Shown here piece by piece: positions 9,704-19,177 of a stretch of 64,000 nt of DNA. Within the stretch, counting starts at the first letter, position 1, and each line of letters begins with the position of its first letter. A model generated the notes under the pieces. It saw nothing but the letters and a program-made list of their open reading frames with translations. It had not been told where the DNA came from and searched no databases. A program made the translations under genes and the position numbers. The DNA is from Nitrosopumilus sp. (GTDB taxonomy: Archaea > Thermoproteota > Nitrososphaeria > Nitrososphaerales > Nitrosopumilaceae), in NCBI GenBank assembly GCA_965205215.1, contig OZ242041.1, forward strand, positions 256,001 through 320,000. Direction: 5' to 3'.

Positions 9704-11356
9704 TTACGCGGCAGGCAGCGGTGCCGGTTCCGTGCGTTTCGCGCGCCCGTTGTGCCTTGACGCGGCATACATCGAGACGACAGTGGCGCCGGCTGCTGCG
9801 AGCATCGCTGCCGCGACCGTCCCAAACTCGGGCACCACCAGAATGCCAAACTCGGTCTCCTGCCCGGTGCCGCGTATATCCTCGAACTTTATCGTGGTGG
9901 GCCCCGTCTGGTCCTCAGCAAAGGTGAACTTTACAAACTGCCCCCCGATTCGCGCCTGGCCCGACGTGCGGTGTATCTCGTCTTCGCCCTGCTCTATTAC
10001 AAACGTGTAATCCGAGTTCCGGAGCGGCTCGCCGGTCTGCCCGTCGCGTATGGTAAACACGAACGTGGTCTCCTCTCCGGGAAGTATCTCAGGCGGATCC
10101 CACGACAGGTTGATGAGAAACTCCTCGCTTATCGTATATGCAACCAGCGGGAACTCCAGTTCCTCGGCCATGGCGAGCGTGAACGTGATGCTGTCCGGGA
10201 ACGGCTCGCCGGTCTTCTTCATCTCGTTCTTGATGAACCTCGTGTGATCCTGAAGGAGGACAAAGTGCACTATCCTCTCGTCCTCCAGCGTGTAGTCGTC
10301 CGTGATGACCGACGCCCTGAATAGCTTTACGCCGTTGGCGTATCCCTCGTAGCCCGGCGAGTGGAACTCTAGAAAGTCCTTTGGGAAGTGCGTCTCCACG
10401 TGAACCACCGGTATGTGCGACATCCGGGCCTCGCTCCAGTCAAACGGCATTACGATGGTTATGAGGCCCGATTCGGCGTCGTACTCGAGGCTCTCGATCT
10501 GATCAAAGTAGGATTTTGTGCCGAATGCGACCGGGCTTCCGTCAGAGCCGGTTCCAGCATGGGTTGCAGACTCGATGATGCTCAGATCGGCATAATACGT
10601 GTCGGGCTCTGTAATTACGTCCCCCCCTATGGCATGGACTGCGACATCAAAGGTGTAGAGTCCGCCGTGGCCAAAGGCAGATCCGTCTATCCTGACCGGG
10701 TTGTCGCCGGCGGGACGCCATGCGTCAGGAAGGAGCCCGCCGCCGCCCCGCTCCCCGACTATGACCGGGTTGTCGCCGCGGGCGGCCTCCACGTCAAGCG
10801 CAAGCACGCCATCAGGCGCAAGAAAGTAGTCCCGGAATACCGTCTGGCCGCCGTGCGACGCGCCAAGCTGGTATATGATGTCCCCGGCAGGCTGGCGTGT
10901 CGTGGCGTCCGTGGCAGTGATGGTGATTCGTTCCGTGGCCGAATTGTCCGCAAGCTCCTGTGGCATCTCGACATGTATCACGATCTTTTGGTCCCCGGCC
11001 ACGACTGACGGTATGCGGTCAAGCCCCAGTCCGTGCCCGTATGCCGGGGGCAGCATCATGCCTCCCAGCACCGACCCGGGGGCGGCCGGCGCGCCATCGT
11101 GTGGCGAGAGCGGCACGTCTGGAAGGGGCTGCGGTGCGGCTACCGCGAACAGTGCGGCTACCACGACCGCCATCACTACCACTGCAGGCGTCGGCGGCAT
11201 CCGGCCGGCTCCCAGACGCCGCATGGCGCCCTTGCCATGCCTGTCGCGCCCGATGCGGCCGCGCGCAATCATGCGGGGGCCGCCGGCTGCGGGGGCCGCC
11301 GCGGCGGGTGCCGAACCGTGCCATACGCGCAAAACGCCGTCATGCCCACAAACCAA
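9704..11356 (-). CDS. PEFG-CTERM sorting domain surface protein
   Basis: VVPEFG followed by a hydrophobic helix and basic tail. Signal-like region ends AYG|HGLG. True start probably downstream of 11356. Confidence 0.85.
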   Translation of the reverse strand: MVCGHDGVLRVWHGSAPAAAAPAAGGPRMIARGRIGRDRHGKGAMRRLGAGRMPPTPAVVVMAVVVAALFAVAAPQPLPDVPLSPHDGAPAAPGSVLGGMMLPPAYGHGLGLDRIPSVVAGDQKIVIHVEMPQELADNSATERITITATDATTRQPAGDIIYQLGASHGGQTVFRDYFLAPDGVLALDVEAARGDNPVIVGERGGGGLLPDAWRPAGDNPVRIDGSAFGHGGLYTFDVAVHAIGGDVITEPDTYYADLSIIESATHAGTGSDGSPVAFGTKSYFDQIESLEYDAESGLITIVMPFDWSEARMSHIPVVHVETHFPKDFLEFHSPGYEGYANGVKLFRASVITDDYTLEDERIVHFVLLQDHTRFIKNEMKKTGEPFPDSITFTLAMAEELEFPLVAYTISEEFLINLSWDPPEILPGEETTFVFTIRDGQTGEPLRNSDYTFVIEQGEDEIHRTSGQARIGGQFVKFTFAEDQTGPTTIKFEDIRGTGQETEFGILVVPEFGTVAAAMLAAAGATVVSMYAASRHNGRAKRTEPAPLPAA

Positions 11357-11476
11357 ACCTTCTCGCCCTTGTGCTGTATTCTGAGGTATAACTAGTTAAT
11401 TTTCCAGCGCGCGGCTTGCCGCACACGCCGGCCGCGCGAGCCCTTGCGGGCAAGCCAGACCGCCGCCATAGGGGGC

Positions 11477-12196
11477 CTAGGCGGACAAGCCGCGCCTCAT
11501 CAGGCGCTCGGCCCTTCCCAGAAGGTCGCCGGCCGATTCGGCCTCCAGCAGATCTTGGAGATCTATAGGGCCCGTGGACGCGAGCGCGCACAAGCTGTAC
11601 ACGTACTCCGCGGTGGGGGTGTCCGTGGCGAGGTAAAAGCGCCTCAGCATCTCGTCAAGCGCGCCGGGCGTGACGTCGTCGGACGTCGCCTGGTGTTTTA
11701 TGTTCTTCTTCCACAAAAAGACCAGGTTCTCCCACGAGTCAAGCGGGATGCTGCCGTCGATCTCAGGCAGCATCGTAACCTTGGCGCGGATGTACATCTT
11801 GCCGCCCGAGCCCATCTTGTCGTTCATCTCGGATACGATCTCGTGTCCTTCTGCAGACAGCGGGTCATAGTCCCGGGGCTGCGGTATGGACGGTTCTATA
11901 ATCTCGTTTATGCGAAACGGGTTACGTCCGACGGTCTCTATCTGCAGCTGCAGCCCGTCAAGCCCGACGTCCTTGCACCTTATGATCTTGGCGATGGTCC
12001 CGACCGAATGCGGCATGCTCCATCCAAGCACGGATCCGCCGTCCCTTACCAGACACGCCCCGAACTGCCCGTCCCCCAGCATGCAGTCATCCACAAGCTG
12101 CTTGTACCGCGGCTCAAAGACGCGCAGCGGAAGCTCCTGCCGGGGGAAGAGCACCAGATCAAGCGGGAATATCGGGATAATCTTTTCTGTTGGCAC
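11477..12196 (-). CDS. Stand-alone LON peptidase substrate-binding domain protein
   Basis: IPIFPLDLVLFP...LPLRVFEPRYKQLV...VGTIAKI motif. Confidence 0.85.
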   Translation of the reverse strand: MPTEKIIPIFPLDLVLFPRQELPLRVFEPRYKQLVDDCMLGDGQFGACLVRDGGSVLGWSMPHSVGTIAKIIRCKDVGLDGLQLQIETVGRNPFRINEIIEPSIPQPRDYDPLSAEGHEIVSEMNDKMGSGGKMYIRAKVTMLPEIDGSIPLDSWENLVFLWKKNIKHQATSDDVTPGALDEMLRRFYLATDTPTAEYVYSLCALASTGPIDLQDLLEAESAGDLLGRAERLMRRGLSA

Positions 12197-12377
12197 GCCA
12201 AGGATACGGCGCCAGTTCAGGCGTATATATCAAGCAGCCGGGGCGATGCCAAGATTCATTGCGGTGGGGCGGGGGGGGAGAAGACAGTCCACGGCCCTGA
12301 TGACGGCAGCGGCGACGAGGGACTAGAGCGGGGTCGGGACACAGGGGCAGATCATACGATAACCGGCACGGCGCCGC

Positions 12378-13334
12378 TCAGACGCCCTTCTCGTTCAGCA
12401 TGACGGCCAGCAGCGCCGCGCGCGTGTGCATTCCGTACTCGGCCTGCCTAAAGTATTTTGCATTGTCAGTCGCGTCCACGTCCGGCGATATCTCGTCGAC
12501 GCGCGGCAGCGGGTGCATTATTATCGCGTCCCTCTTCATCTGGCGCAGCATGTCAAGCCCCACCACGTAGCTCCCCTTTACCTTGAGGTACTCCTCGGCG
12601 TCCGGGAACCTCTCCTTTTGTATTCGGGTGACATACAGCACGTCAAGCTCCTCTATGTGGTCCGATATGTCCGAGGATTCCACAAACTCGAGCCTCTTTC
12701 TGATCTCGTAGGTGGAGTCAGACCTGATCTTGAGGGGTTCTGGCGAGATCAGCCGCACGTCCACGTCATAGTTCCCGAGGCCGTACAGCAGCGAGTATAC
12801 GGTGCGGCCGTACTTTAGGTCCCCGATTATCCCTATCTTCAGCCCGTCTATCTTCCTCTTCTCCTGCCTGATGGTGAAGAGGTCCTGGATTGCCTGGGTC
12901 GGGTGCTCCTCTGTGCCGCTTCCCGCGTTGATGACGGGCTTTGAGGACACCTCTGATGCAAACCGGCTGGAGCCGTCCAGCTTGTGCCGCAGCACTAACA
13001 CGTCAGAATAGATCGACATCATGCGCACCGTGTCTGCAAGGCTCTCGCCCTTGTGCGCGGACGACGAGGAGACGTCCGATATGCCAAGCGAGCTGCCGCC
13101 CACGGAGGCCATCGCCGCGTCAAAGCTCAGCCTCGTCCTCGTGCTCGGCTCGTAAAAGAGGTATCCCAGGGTGGAGCCGGCGCAGAGCGTCCTGCGCTGC
13201 TCTGGCGTCATGCCCATGACGCGCTCCGTGGCGGCAAACAGGGTCTCAAACTGCGCGCGGTCGAGATCCTTTACCGATATGACGTCGCGCCGGTAGAACT
13301 CGTTTTCCGAGTCGTGTTTGTCCACTTTCAGCAT
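12378..13334 (-). CDS. pyrB: Aspartate carbamoyltransferase catalytic subunit
   Basis: FYEPSTRTRLSF, HPTQAIQD, GDLKYGRTV, MHPLPR. Confidence 0.97.
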   Translation of the reverse strand: MLKVDKHDSENEFYRRDVISVKDLDRAQFETLFAATERVMGMTPEQRRTLCAGSTLGYLFYEPSTRTRLSFDAAMASVGGSSLGISDVSSSSAHKGESLADTVRMMSIYSDVLVLRHKLDGSSRFASEVSSKPVINAGSGTEEHPTQAIQDLFTIRQEKRKIDGLKIGIIGDLKYGRTVYSLLYGLGNYDVDVRLISPEPLKIRSDSTYEIRKRLEFVESSDISDHIEELDVLYVTRIQKERFPDAEEYLKVKGSYVVGLDMLRQMKRDAIIMHPLPRVDEISPDVDATDNAKYFRQAEYGMHTRAALLAVMLNEKGV

Positions 13335-13362
13335 TATATAGAGGTGAGTATAAAATATTTTG

Positions 13363-13824
13363 ATGGAGCAGTCCGAGCTGCTTGTAAGGCGGATAAGGGA
13401 AGGCACCGTGATAGACCACATAGACGAGGGGATGGGCCTCAAGGTGCTTGACGCCCTGCAGATAGACGGCAGCGACGGCAGCCTGATTACCATAGCCCTC
13501 AACGTACCGAGCGGCAAGTTCAAGAAAAAGGACATCATAAAGGTGGAGGGCAGGTTCCTCAAGGACGACGACACCAACAAGCTGGCGGTCATAGCCCCCA
13601 AGGCCACCATCAACATGATAAAGGAGTACAGGCTCGTCGAGAAGCGCCGCGTCTCGCTGCCAAACGAGATCGACCGCATATTCAGGTGCGGCAACCCCGA
13701 CTGCATCACCAACAGCGCAGAAAAGATAGAGTCCGTAATGGACGTGATAGACAGAGAGGGTAGGGTGCTCAGATGCAGGTACTGCTCAAGAACCCTCGAC
13801 GTGGACAGGCTCAGGTACAACTAG
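13363..13824 (+). CDS. pyrI: Aspartate carbamoyltransferase regulatory subunit
   Basis: GTVIDHI, KKDIIKVE, Zn site CGNPDCITN...CRYC. Confidence 0.96.
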   Translation: MEQSELLVRRIREGTVIDHIDEGMGLKVLDALQIDGSDGSLITIALNVPSGKFKKKDIIKVEGRFLKDDDTNKLAVIAPKATINMIKEYRLVEKRRVSLPNEIDRIFRCGNPDCITNSAEKIESVMDVIDREGRVLRCRYCSRTLDVDRLRYN

Positions 13825-13919
13825 CAGCCTGGCGGGCGCGCCGCATGCGTCAGGCCGCGCGGCTGGCCGCACAACACTAGAGAGAAAAATTTGTGGATAG
13901 GAAGAAAGTACCGCGAGCC

Positions 13920-14231
13920 TTACTGTCCCAAGATGATGAACATCATGACGATGCCGTATATGGCGATCGACTCTACCATGCCTATAAAGATGAACACCTT
14001 TGACTGTAGTGCCGGGTTCTCACTGATTACAGCAAGTCCCGCCGCTCCCACCTGGCCGAGGCCGATTCCTGCACCAAAGGCCGCAAGACCAAAGGCCAGC
14101 CCGGCTCCGAGGATCTTCATAGAGTCGGAGCCCGTCGATGATGTGTCGCCCTCAGCAGCATATGCAAGGCCGGTCGAGCCGACAACCGATATTGCCGCTA
14201 TTGCAAAAAGTACCAGCGTTATTGGCTTCAT
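13920..14231 (-). CDS. atpK: A-type ATP synthase proteolipid subunit K (c)
   Basis: GxGxGxG helix, ENP loop, ion-binding Glu in MVESIAIYG. Confidence 0.93.
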   Translation of the reverse strand: MKPITLVLFAIAAISVVGSTGLAYAAEGDTSSTGSDSMKILGAGLAFGLAAFGAGIGLGQVGAAGLAVISENPALQSKVFIFIGMVESIAIYGIVMMFIILGQ

Positions 14232-14399
14232 GTTATGTTGTGGCCTCTCGAAAGTCCTTATTTAAATCATGATAACAAGTTGGGGCAAAAACGCGGCGGC
14301 GGCGCCGCGCCGCCACATGCAGGCTGCTTGGCGCGCAGGTGGCGCTGTTTTGCAGGCAGGGTGGGAACAACGCGTGCGCGGACGGGACGGGCGGCAGGC

Positions 14400-14537
14400 T
14401 CAGCTGCTGATGTCCTCGAGGGCCTTCTTCTTGAACGACTCCAGGTCCTTCCTTACAGAGTCCGCAAACTTTTTGCGGTCCTGCTCCACTGATTTCTTGG
14501 AGTCCTTTACGAGATCCCTGATGTCGTCCCTTGGCAT
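14400..14537 (-). CDS. 45-aa charged helical protein within the ATP synthase operon (not in ORF track)
   Basis: MPRDDIRDLVKDSKKSVEQDRKKFADSVRKDLESFKKKALEDISS*. ATG lies 1 nt after the atpD stop; codon usage is typical. Confidence 0.7.
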   Translation of the reverse strand: MPRDDIRDLVKDSKKSVEQDRKKFADSVRKDLESFKKKALEDISS

Positions 14538-14538
14538 G

Positions 14539-15171
14539 CTACTTTCTACTCTCCATGGCCGCCTTGACTTTTTTTAACTTTGCGAACTCTTCGCGTTCGC
14601 GCTCCTCCAGCGTCGCAAGTATGAACCTGATGCGCTGTTGGTACTGGGGTATGATCACGTTCTCGAGGGCGTTGAGCAGCTTTTGGGTCTTCTCGAGCGC
14701 TTTTGCCAGGCTGAATATCGAGTTCTCGTACTCTGCGGCCTTGCATATGCTCGGCAGCAGCTCCTTGATCTGCTTTGCGCCCCTGTCTATAGAGGAGTTG
14801 GTGTCGGCAAACCCGTACGGCATGCCCGCGTCGTCCTTTTCCGTGACCGAGAGCGCCGGTATCTTTACGTCCACCACGCGGCGCACCGACACGTCGACCT
14901 GCATTATGGGCGGGGTGGACTCTGCAACCGTGTCGACCGTGGACGTCCCGAGGGCCAGGTACGCCTCGTTGACTGACCTGTAGATGTCTTGGAGCGGATC
15001 CCATATGCCGCCGCGCGCCTTGGAGGCCTCGTCTATCATCTCCTCTATGTTCTTGAGCAGCACCTTGCGCTTGTCATCGAGTATCTTCTGGACCATGGTG
15101 GCAACCTGGCTTGAGCGCTTGTACTTTAGGAGCTCGATCTTGGTTGCAGCGACGTTCTGGCCAAAGGACAC
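14539..15171 (-). CDS. atpD: A-type ATP synthase subunit D
   Basis: GTG start after a GAGGTG RBS; ATKIEL...NALENVIIP...LEEREREEF. Confidence 0.93.
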   Translation of the reverse strand: MSFGQNVAATKIELLKYKRSSQVATMVQKILDDKRKVLLKNIEEMIDEASKARGGIWDPLQDIYRSVNEAYLALGTSTVDTVAESTPPIMQVDVSVRRVVDVKIPALSVTEKDDAGMPYGFADTNSSIDRGAKQIKELLPSICKAAEYENSIFSLAKALEKTQKLLNALENVIIPQYQQRIRFILATLEEREREEFAKLKKVKAAMESRK

Positions 15172-15188
15172 GGGCGCGACACCTCTTC

Positions 15189-16604
15189 TCAGTCGGTACC
15201 CTGGTAGTACTGGTCCATGTACTTGTCCTTTACCTTCGTAAGCTCGTTTTTGGGCAGCTGCGAGACCACCTTCCACAGGATTGAGAGCGTCTCGTCCACG
15301 TTACGGTTCTCGTCTATGGACTGGGACAGGAACTCCTTCTCAAACGTGTCGCCCACGCCCATATACTTGAGGTCGATCTCGGTAAGCCCGGCCTTGCCCA
15401 CTATGCCGGCAAGCGCCCTGACCTCCTGCGCCCTAGAGTACGCGTCGTAGTTCTGGTTGGATATCTCGCCGTGGTCCTCGCGGGTGCTGCCCTCGCCGAT
15501 GCCGTCCTTCATCAGGCGGCTGAGGCTCATCAGTATGTTGACCGGCGGGTAGACGCCCTGCCTGAACAGGTCCCTGCCGAGCACTATCTGCCCCTCCGTG
15601 ATGTATCCGGTCAGGTCTGGTATCGGGTGCGTAATGTCATCAGACGGCATCGACAGGATGGGTACCTGCGTGACGCTGCCCTTTTTGCCCACCAGCTTGC
15701 CGGCCCTCTCGTATATGGTCGACAGGTCGGTATACAGGTATCCGGGATATCCCTTGCGCCCGGGAACCTCCTCCCGCGCCGCGCTGATCTCACGGAGGGC
15801 CTCCGCATAGTTCGTCATGTCGGTAAGGATAACCAAGACGTGCATCCCGAGATCGAACGCCAGATACTCCGCCACGGTGAGCGCCACGCGCGGCGTGATG
15901 ATGCGCTCTATTGCCGGATCGTCGGCGAGGTTGAGGAACAGCACGCTCCTCTTCAGCGCGCCGGACTCCTCGAGGCTGCGCTTGAAGTACTCGGCCTCGC
16001 TGTACTGGACGCCGATTGCGGCAAACACCACCGCAAACTCGTCGTCCGTGCCGATTACCGCGGCCTGCCGCGCGATCTGGGCCGCAAGCAGGTTGTGCGA
16101 CATGCCGGAGCCCGAGAATATAGGAAGCTTCTGCCCCCGCACGAGAGTGATCATGCCGTCTATGACAGAGACGCCGGTCTGTATGAAGTCCTTGGGGTAT
16201 TCGCGCTGCTCCGGATTCATCGGCTCGCCGTTGATGTCGATGAACCTGTCCGCTATCGGGTCCGGCAGGCCGTCCTTTGGGCGCCCGAGCCCGTCAAAGA
16301 CGCGGCCCAGCACCTCCCTTGAGACGGGCATCTCCATCACCTTGCCCACGAACTTTGCGTTGGTTCCAGACACGGACAGTCCCGTGGTCCCCTCAAACAC
16401 CTGCACGATGGCCTTGCCGTTGCCCACCTCGAGCACCTTGCCCAGCCGCTTCTCGCCGTCGCGGGTCTCCACCTCTACCAGTTCGTCGAACGCGGCGTTC
16501 TCCACGTCGTCTACGATGACGAGGGGCCCCTTTATCTCGGCAATCTTGCTGTACTGGACGCCGCCCTTGCTGGCTGCGGCAGCCGCCGCCTCAGAACCGC
16601 TCAA
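15189..16604 (-). CDS. atpB: A-type ATP synthase subunit B
   Basis: [41 protein letters not shown]. Confidence 0.97.
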   Translation of the reverse strand: MSGSEAAAAAASKGGVQYSKIAEIKGPLVIVDDVENAAFDELVEVETRDGEKRLGKVLEVGNGKAIVQVFEGTTGLSVSGTNAKFVGKVMEMPVSREVLGRVFDGLGRPKDGLPDPIADRFIDINGEPMNPEQREYPKDFIQTGVSVIDGMITLVRGQKLPIFSGSGMSHNLLAAQIARQAAVIGTDDEFAVVFAAIGVQYSEAEYFKRSLEESGALKRSVLFLNLADDPAIERIITPRVALTVAEYLAFDLGMHVLVILTDMTNYAEALREISAAREEVPGRKGYPGYLYTDLSTIYERAGKLVGKKGSVTQVPILSMPSDDITHPIPDLTGYITEGQIVLGRDLFRQGVYPPVNILMSLSRLMKDGIGEGSTREDHGEISNQNYDAYSRAQEVRALAGIVGKAGLTEIDLKYMGVGDTFEKEFLSQSIDENRNVDETLSILWKVVSQLPKNELTKVKDKYMDQYYQGTD

Positions 16605-18412
16605 CTCGGAACCTTTACCCCCGTTATTCCCTGGAACTGCTCGGCCATCTGGGCGCCGAGCTGGTCAAGCTTCTGGGTCTCCTCGTCCTTTATCTCCATC
16701 CTGGCCTTTAGCAGCGACCCTATAATCGGCATGGCCCTGATGTCGGCCAGCCCCGCGCCCTCCTTTAGCGCCGTCTGCCCCCTCTTGTAGAACTCCACCA
16801 GCATCTTCAGCAGGCGGTACTGCTTGTCGGGGCTGCAGTACGTGTCGACGTCGTCAAACGAGTTCTGCTGCAGCAGTCCGATCTTGATCATCCTGGCCAC
16901 CTCGAGGATCAGCTTCTCCTCGTCCGGGAGGGCCTCTGGGCCGAGCAGCCGGACGATCTCTTTGAGGGTGTCCTCGCGCTGCAGTATGCCGTACGCGTCG
17001 GACCTGAGGTCGAGCCAGTCCTCGCTGACGTTCTGCCCCCACCACTTCGCGATGTCGGCCAGGTACCCCGAGTAACTGTTCATCCAGTTGATGGACGGAT
17101 AGTGCCTAGAGTAGGCAAGCTTGGCGTCGAGCGCCCAGAATGTCTTTATGAACCTCATGGTGTGTGTCGTGACCGGCTCCGTAAAGTCGCCGCCGGACGG
17201 CGAGACCGCTCCCACCAGCGTGACCGAGCCGTCCCTGTCGGGGCTGCCGGCCGCCCTCACGCGCCCTGCCCTCTCGTAGAACTCCGCAAGCCGGGACGCC
17301 AGATACGACGGATAGCCCTCCTCGGCGGGCATCTCCTCAAGCCTGCCGCTCATCTCCCTGAGCGCCTCGGCCCACCTGCTTGTGGAGTCCGCGACCAGAA
17401 CGACGTCCTTGCCCATGTCCCTGTAATACTCGGCAATCGTAACCCCCGTGTAGATGCTCGCCTCCCTCGCGGCCACCGGCATGTTGCTTGTGTTTGCCAC
17501 CAAAACCGTGCGGTCCATGAGGGGCTTGCCGCTTCTGGGATCCGTCAGGTGGGGGAATTCGACTAGCACCTCTGTCATCTCGTTGCCGCGCTCGCCGCAT
17601 CCGATGTATACCACAACCTGCGAGTCGGCCCACTTTGCTATCTGGTGGAGCGTGACTGTCTTGCCCGTCCCGAATGCGCCCGGAATCGAGCCGGTGCCGC
17701 CCTTTGCGATCGGAAAGAACGTGTCTATCACGCGCTGCCCCGTCAGGAGCGGAACGGTCGGGTCGTACCTGTCCTTGTACGGCCTGGGCTTTCGCACGGG
17801 CCACCTGTGGTACATCCTGAGCGGTTCGGCCGGTGCGCTGCTGCCGTCGTCGCTGCCGCTGCCGCCGGCGGCGGACTCGACTGTGGCAAGCTCTACCTCC
17901 AGATCGTAGTCGCCCTCCGGCACCACGCTTGCAATCTTGCCGCCCGGATGATCCGGCGGCACCATTATGGAATGATCAATGAGATCGGTCTCCTGGACGG
18001 TTCCTATCACGTTGCCCGCCGCGACCTCGTCCCCGACTGACACGCTCGGGACAAAGTGGTACTTTTTGGCCATGTCTACCGGGGTGGTGGTGATGCCCCT
18101 GCCGATGAACGACCCCGATGCTTTGGAGAGCTCCCTCAGAGGCCTCTGGATTCCGTCGTACAGCTGCCCTATGATGCCGGGCCCCAGCAGGACGCTGAGC
18201 GGGTTGCCCGTCCCTACCACCGGCTCGCCCGGCTTCAATCCACTTGTCGACTCGTAAACCTGAATGAATGCAACGTCCCCGGTAAGCCTGATGACCTCGC
18301 CGACCAGCTTCGCCTCTCCTACCACCACGGTCTCGTACATCTTTGCATCCGACATGCCGTCGGCCTTTACGGCAGGGCCGCTTACCCATACAATCCTGCC
18401 CTGCGCCGCCAT
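16601..18412 (-). CDS. atpA: A-type ATP synthase subunit A
   Basis: Walker [26 protein letters not shown]. Confidence 0.97.
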   Translation of the reverse strand: MAAQGRIVWVSGPAVKADGMSDAKMYETVVVGEAKLVGEVIRLTGDVAFIQVYESTSGLKPGEPVVGTGNPLSVLLGPGIIGQLYDGIQRPLRELSKASGSFIGRGITTTPVDMAKKYHFVPSVSVGDEVAAGNVIGTVQETDLIDHSIMVPPDHPGGKIASVVPEGDYDLEVELATVESAAGGSGSDDGSSAPAEPLRMYHRWPVRKPRPYKDRYDPTVPLLTGQRVIDTFFPIAKGGTGSIPGAFGTGKTVTLHQIAKWADSQVVVYIGCGERGNEMTEVLVEFPHLTDPRSGKPLMDRTVLVANTSNMPVAAREASIYTGVTIAEYYRDMGKDVVLVADSTSRWAEALREMSGRLEEMPAEEGYPSYLASRLAEFYERAGRVRAAGSPDRDGSVTLVGAVSPSGGDFTEPVTTHTMRFIKTFWALDAKLAYSRHYPSINWMNSYSGYLADIAKWWGQNVSEDWLDLRSDAYGILQREDTLKEIVRLLGPEALPDEEKLILEVARMIKIGLLQQNSFDDVDTYCSPDKQYRLLKMLVEFYKRGQTALKEGAGLADIRAMPIIGSLLKARMEIKDEETQKLDQLGAQMAEQFQGITGVKVPS

Positions 18413-18413
18413 C

Positions 18414-19028
18414 TCAGTTGCCTGCTCCGAATTTGGATGCGATTCCCTTCCTAATTAAAGGCTTGAGGCGCTCTATCCTCGCGTCAAGCGTGTTGTCAAA
18501 CGTCATGGCCCCGTCCTTTGACTGGATCCGGACCCCTCCCATGCAGCCGAGCGGCTCTGGCGCCAGTTCGGCGCCCGCATAGTCAGAGGACAGTATGCCC
18601 TGTACCGCGTCCCGGTCCTGCGCGCTCGCATGCACTACGACGTCAGACGAGCCCAGGACCGACACGGCCTCGGCCAAGAGCGAGCGCAGGAGCGCCGCAT
18701 AGTCCGCCCCGTTGCGGTCGGCCGCGGCCACCTCCTCGAGGGCGCGCGTAAAGACGCCGTCGACCGCGTCCTCGAGCGCCAGCAGCTGCCGGTTGCGCAC
18801 CTCCAGATCGGCCGAGCCCACGATCTGGCGGCTGATCTTGTCGGCCTCCTTCCTGCCGTCGGCGATTATCTTCTCGTACTCCTGCTCCAGCGCGGGTATG
18901 GCGTCGTCAAGCGCCTGGCTCGACTGTCCCGCGGCCGACTCCATCCCGGAGAGTATCTCCTCCTCGGTCTGGCGTATGATCTTGTCAATGGTCTGTTCCA
19001 GCTGCGCCACGGGCCCTGATGTCGTCAT
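18414..19028 (-). CDS. atpE: A-type ATP synthase subunit E
   Basis: Coiled-coil N-terminus; MGGV...[10 protein letters not shown]. Confidence 0.9.
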   Translation of the reverse strand: MTTSGPVAQLEQTIDKIIRQTEEEILSGMESAAGQSSQALDDAIPALEQEYEKIIADGRKEADKISRQIVGSADLEVRNRQLLALEDAVDGVFTRALEEVAAADRNGADYAALLRSLLAEAVSVLGSSDVVVHASAQDRDAVQGILSSDYAGAELAPEPLGCMGGVRIQSKDGAMTFDNTLDARIERLKPLIRKGIASKFGAGN

Positions 19029-19177
19029 GGCCGTCCGTCTGGAATAATGGATTTTAATGTTTTGAAGTTTTCCGGCCCCCGGCGGGCGGCGGCGCCGTTA
19101 CACAGGCAGAATTAGCCCCGCCGGGGCGTCTCCCCTTGCAAAGGTATTAAAACACAGCAGTCTACGGGCCAAGCATC

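Noticed and set aside
13335-13820. N-terminal extension of the 480-aa pyrB ORF
   Set aside because: It is antisense to pyrI; PyrB homology starts near 13334.
13920-14231. Na+-coupled or horizontally acquired V-type ATPase
   Set aside because: This is a single-hairpin c subunit with Leu at the Na+-motif Gln position; the split layout matches the ordinary thaumarchaeal A-type locus.
17820-17885. Intein in AtpA
   Set aside because: The insert is only ~15 low-complexity residues with no intein terminal motifs.
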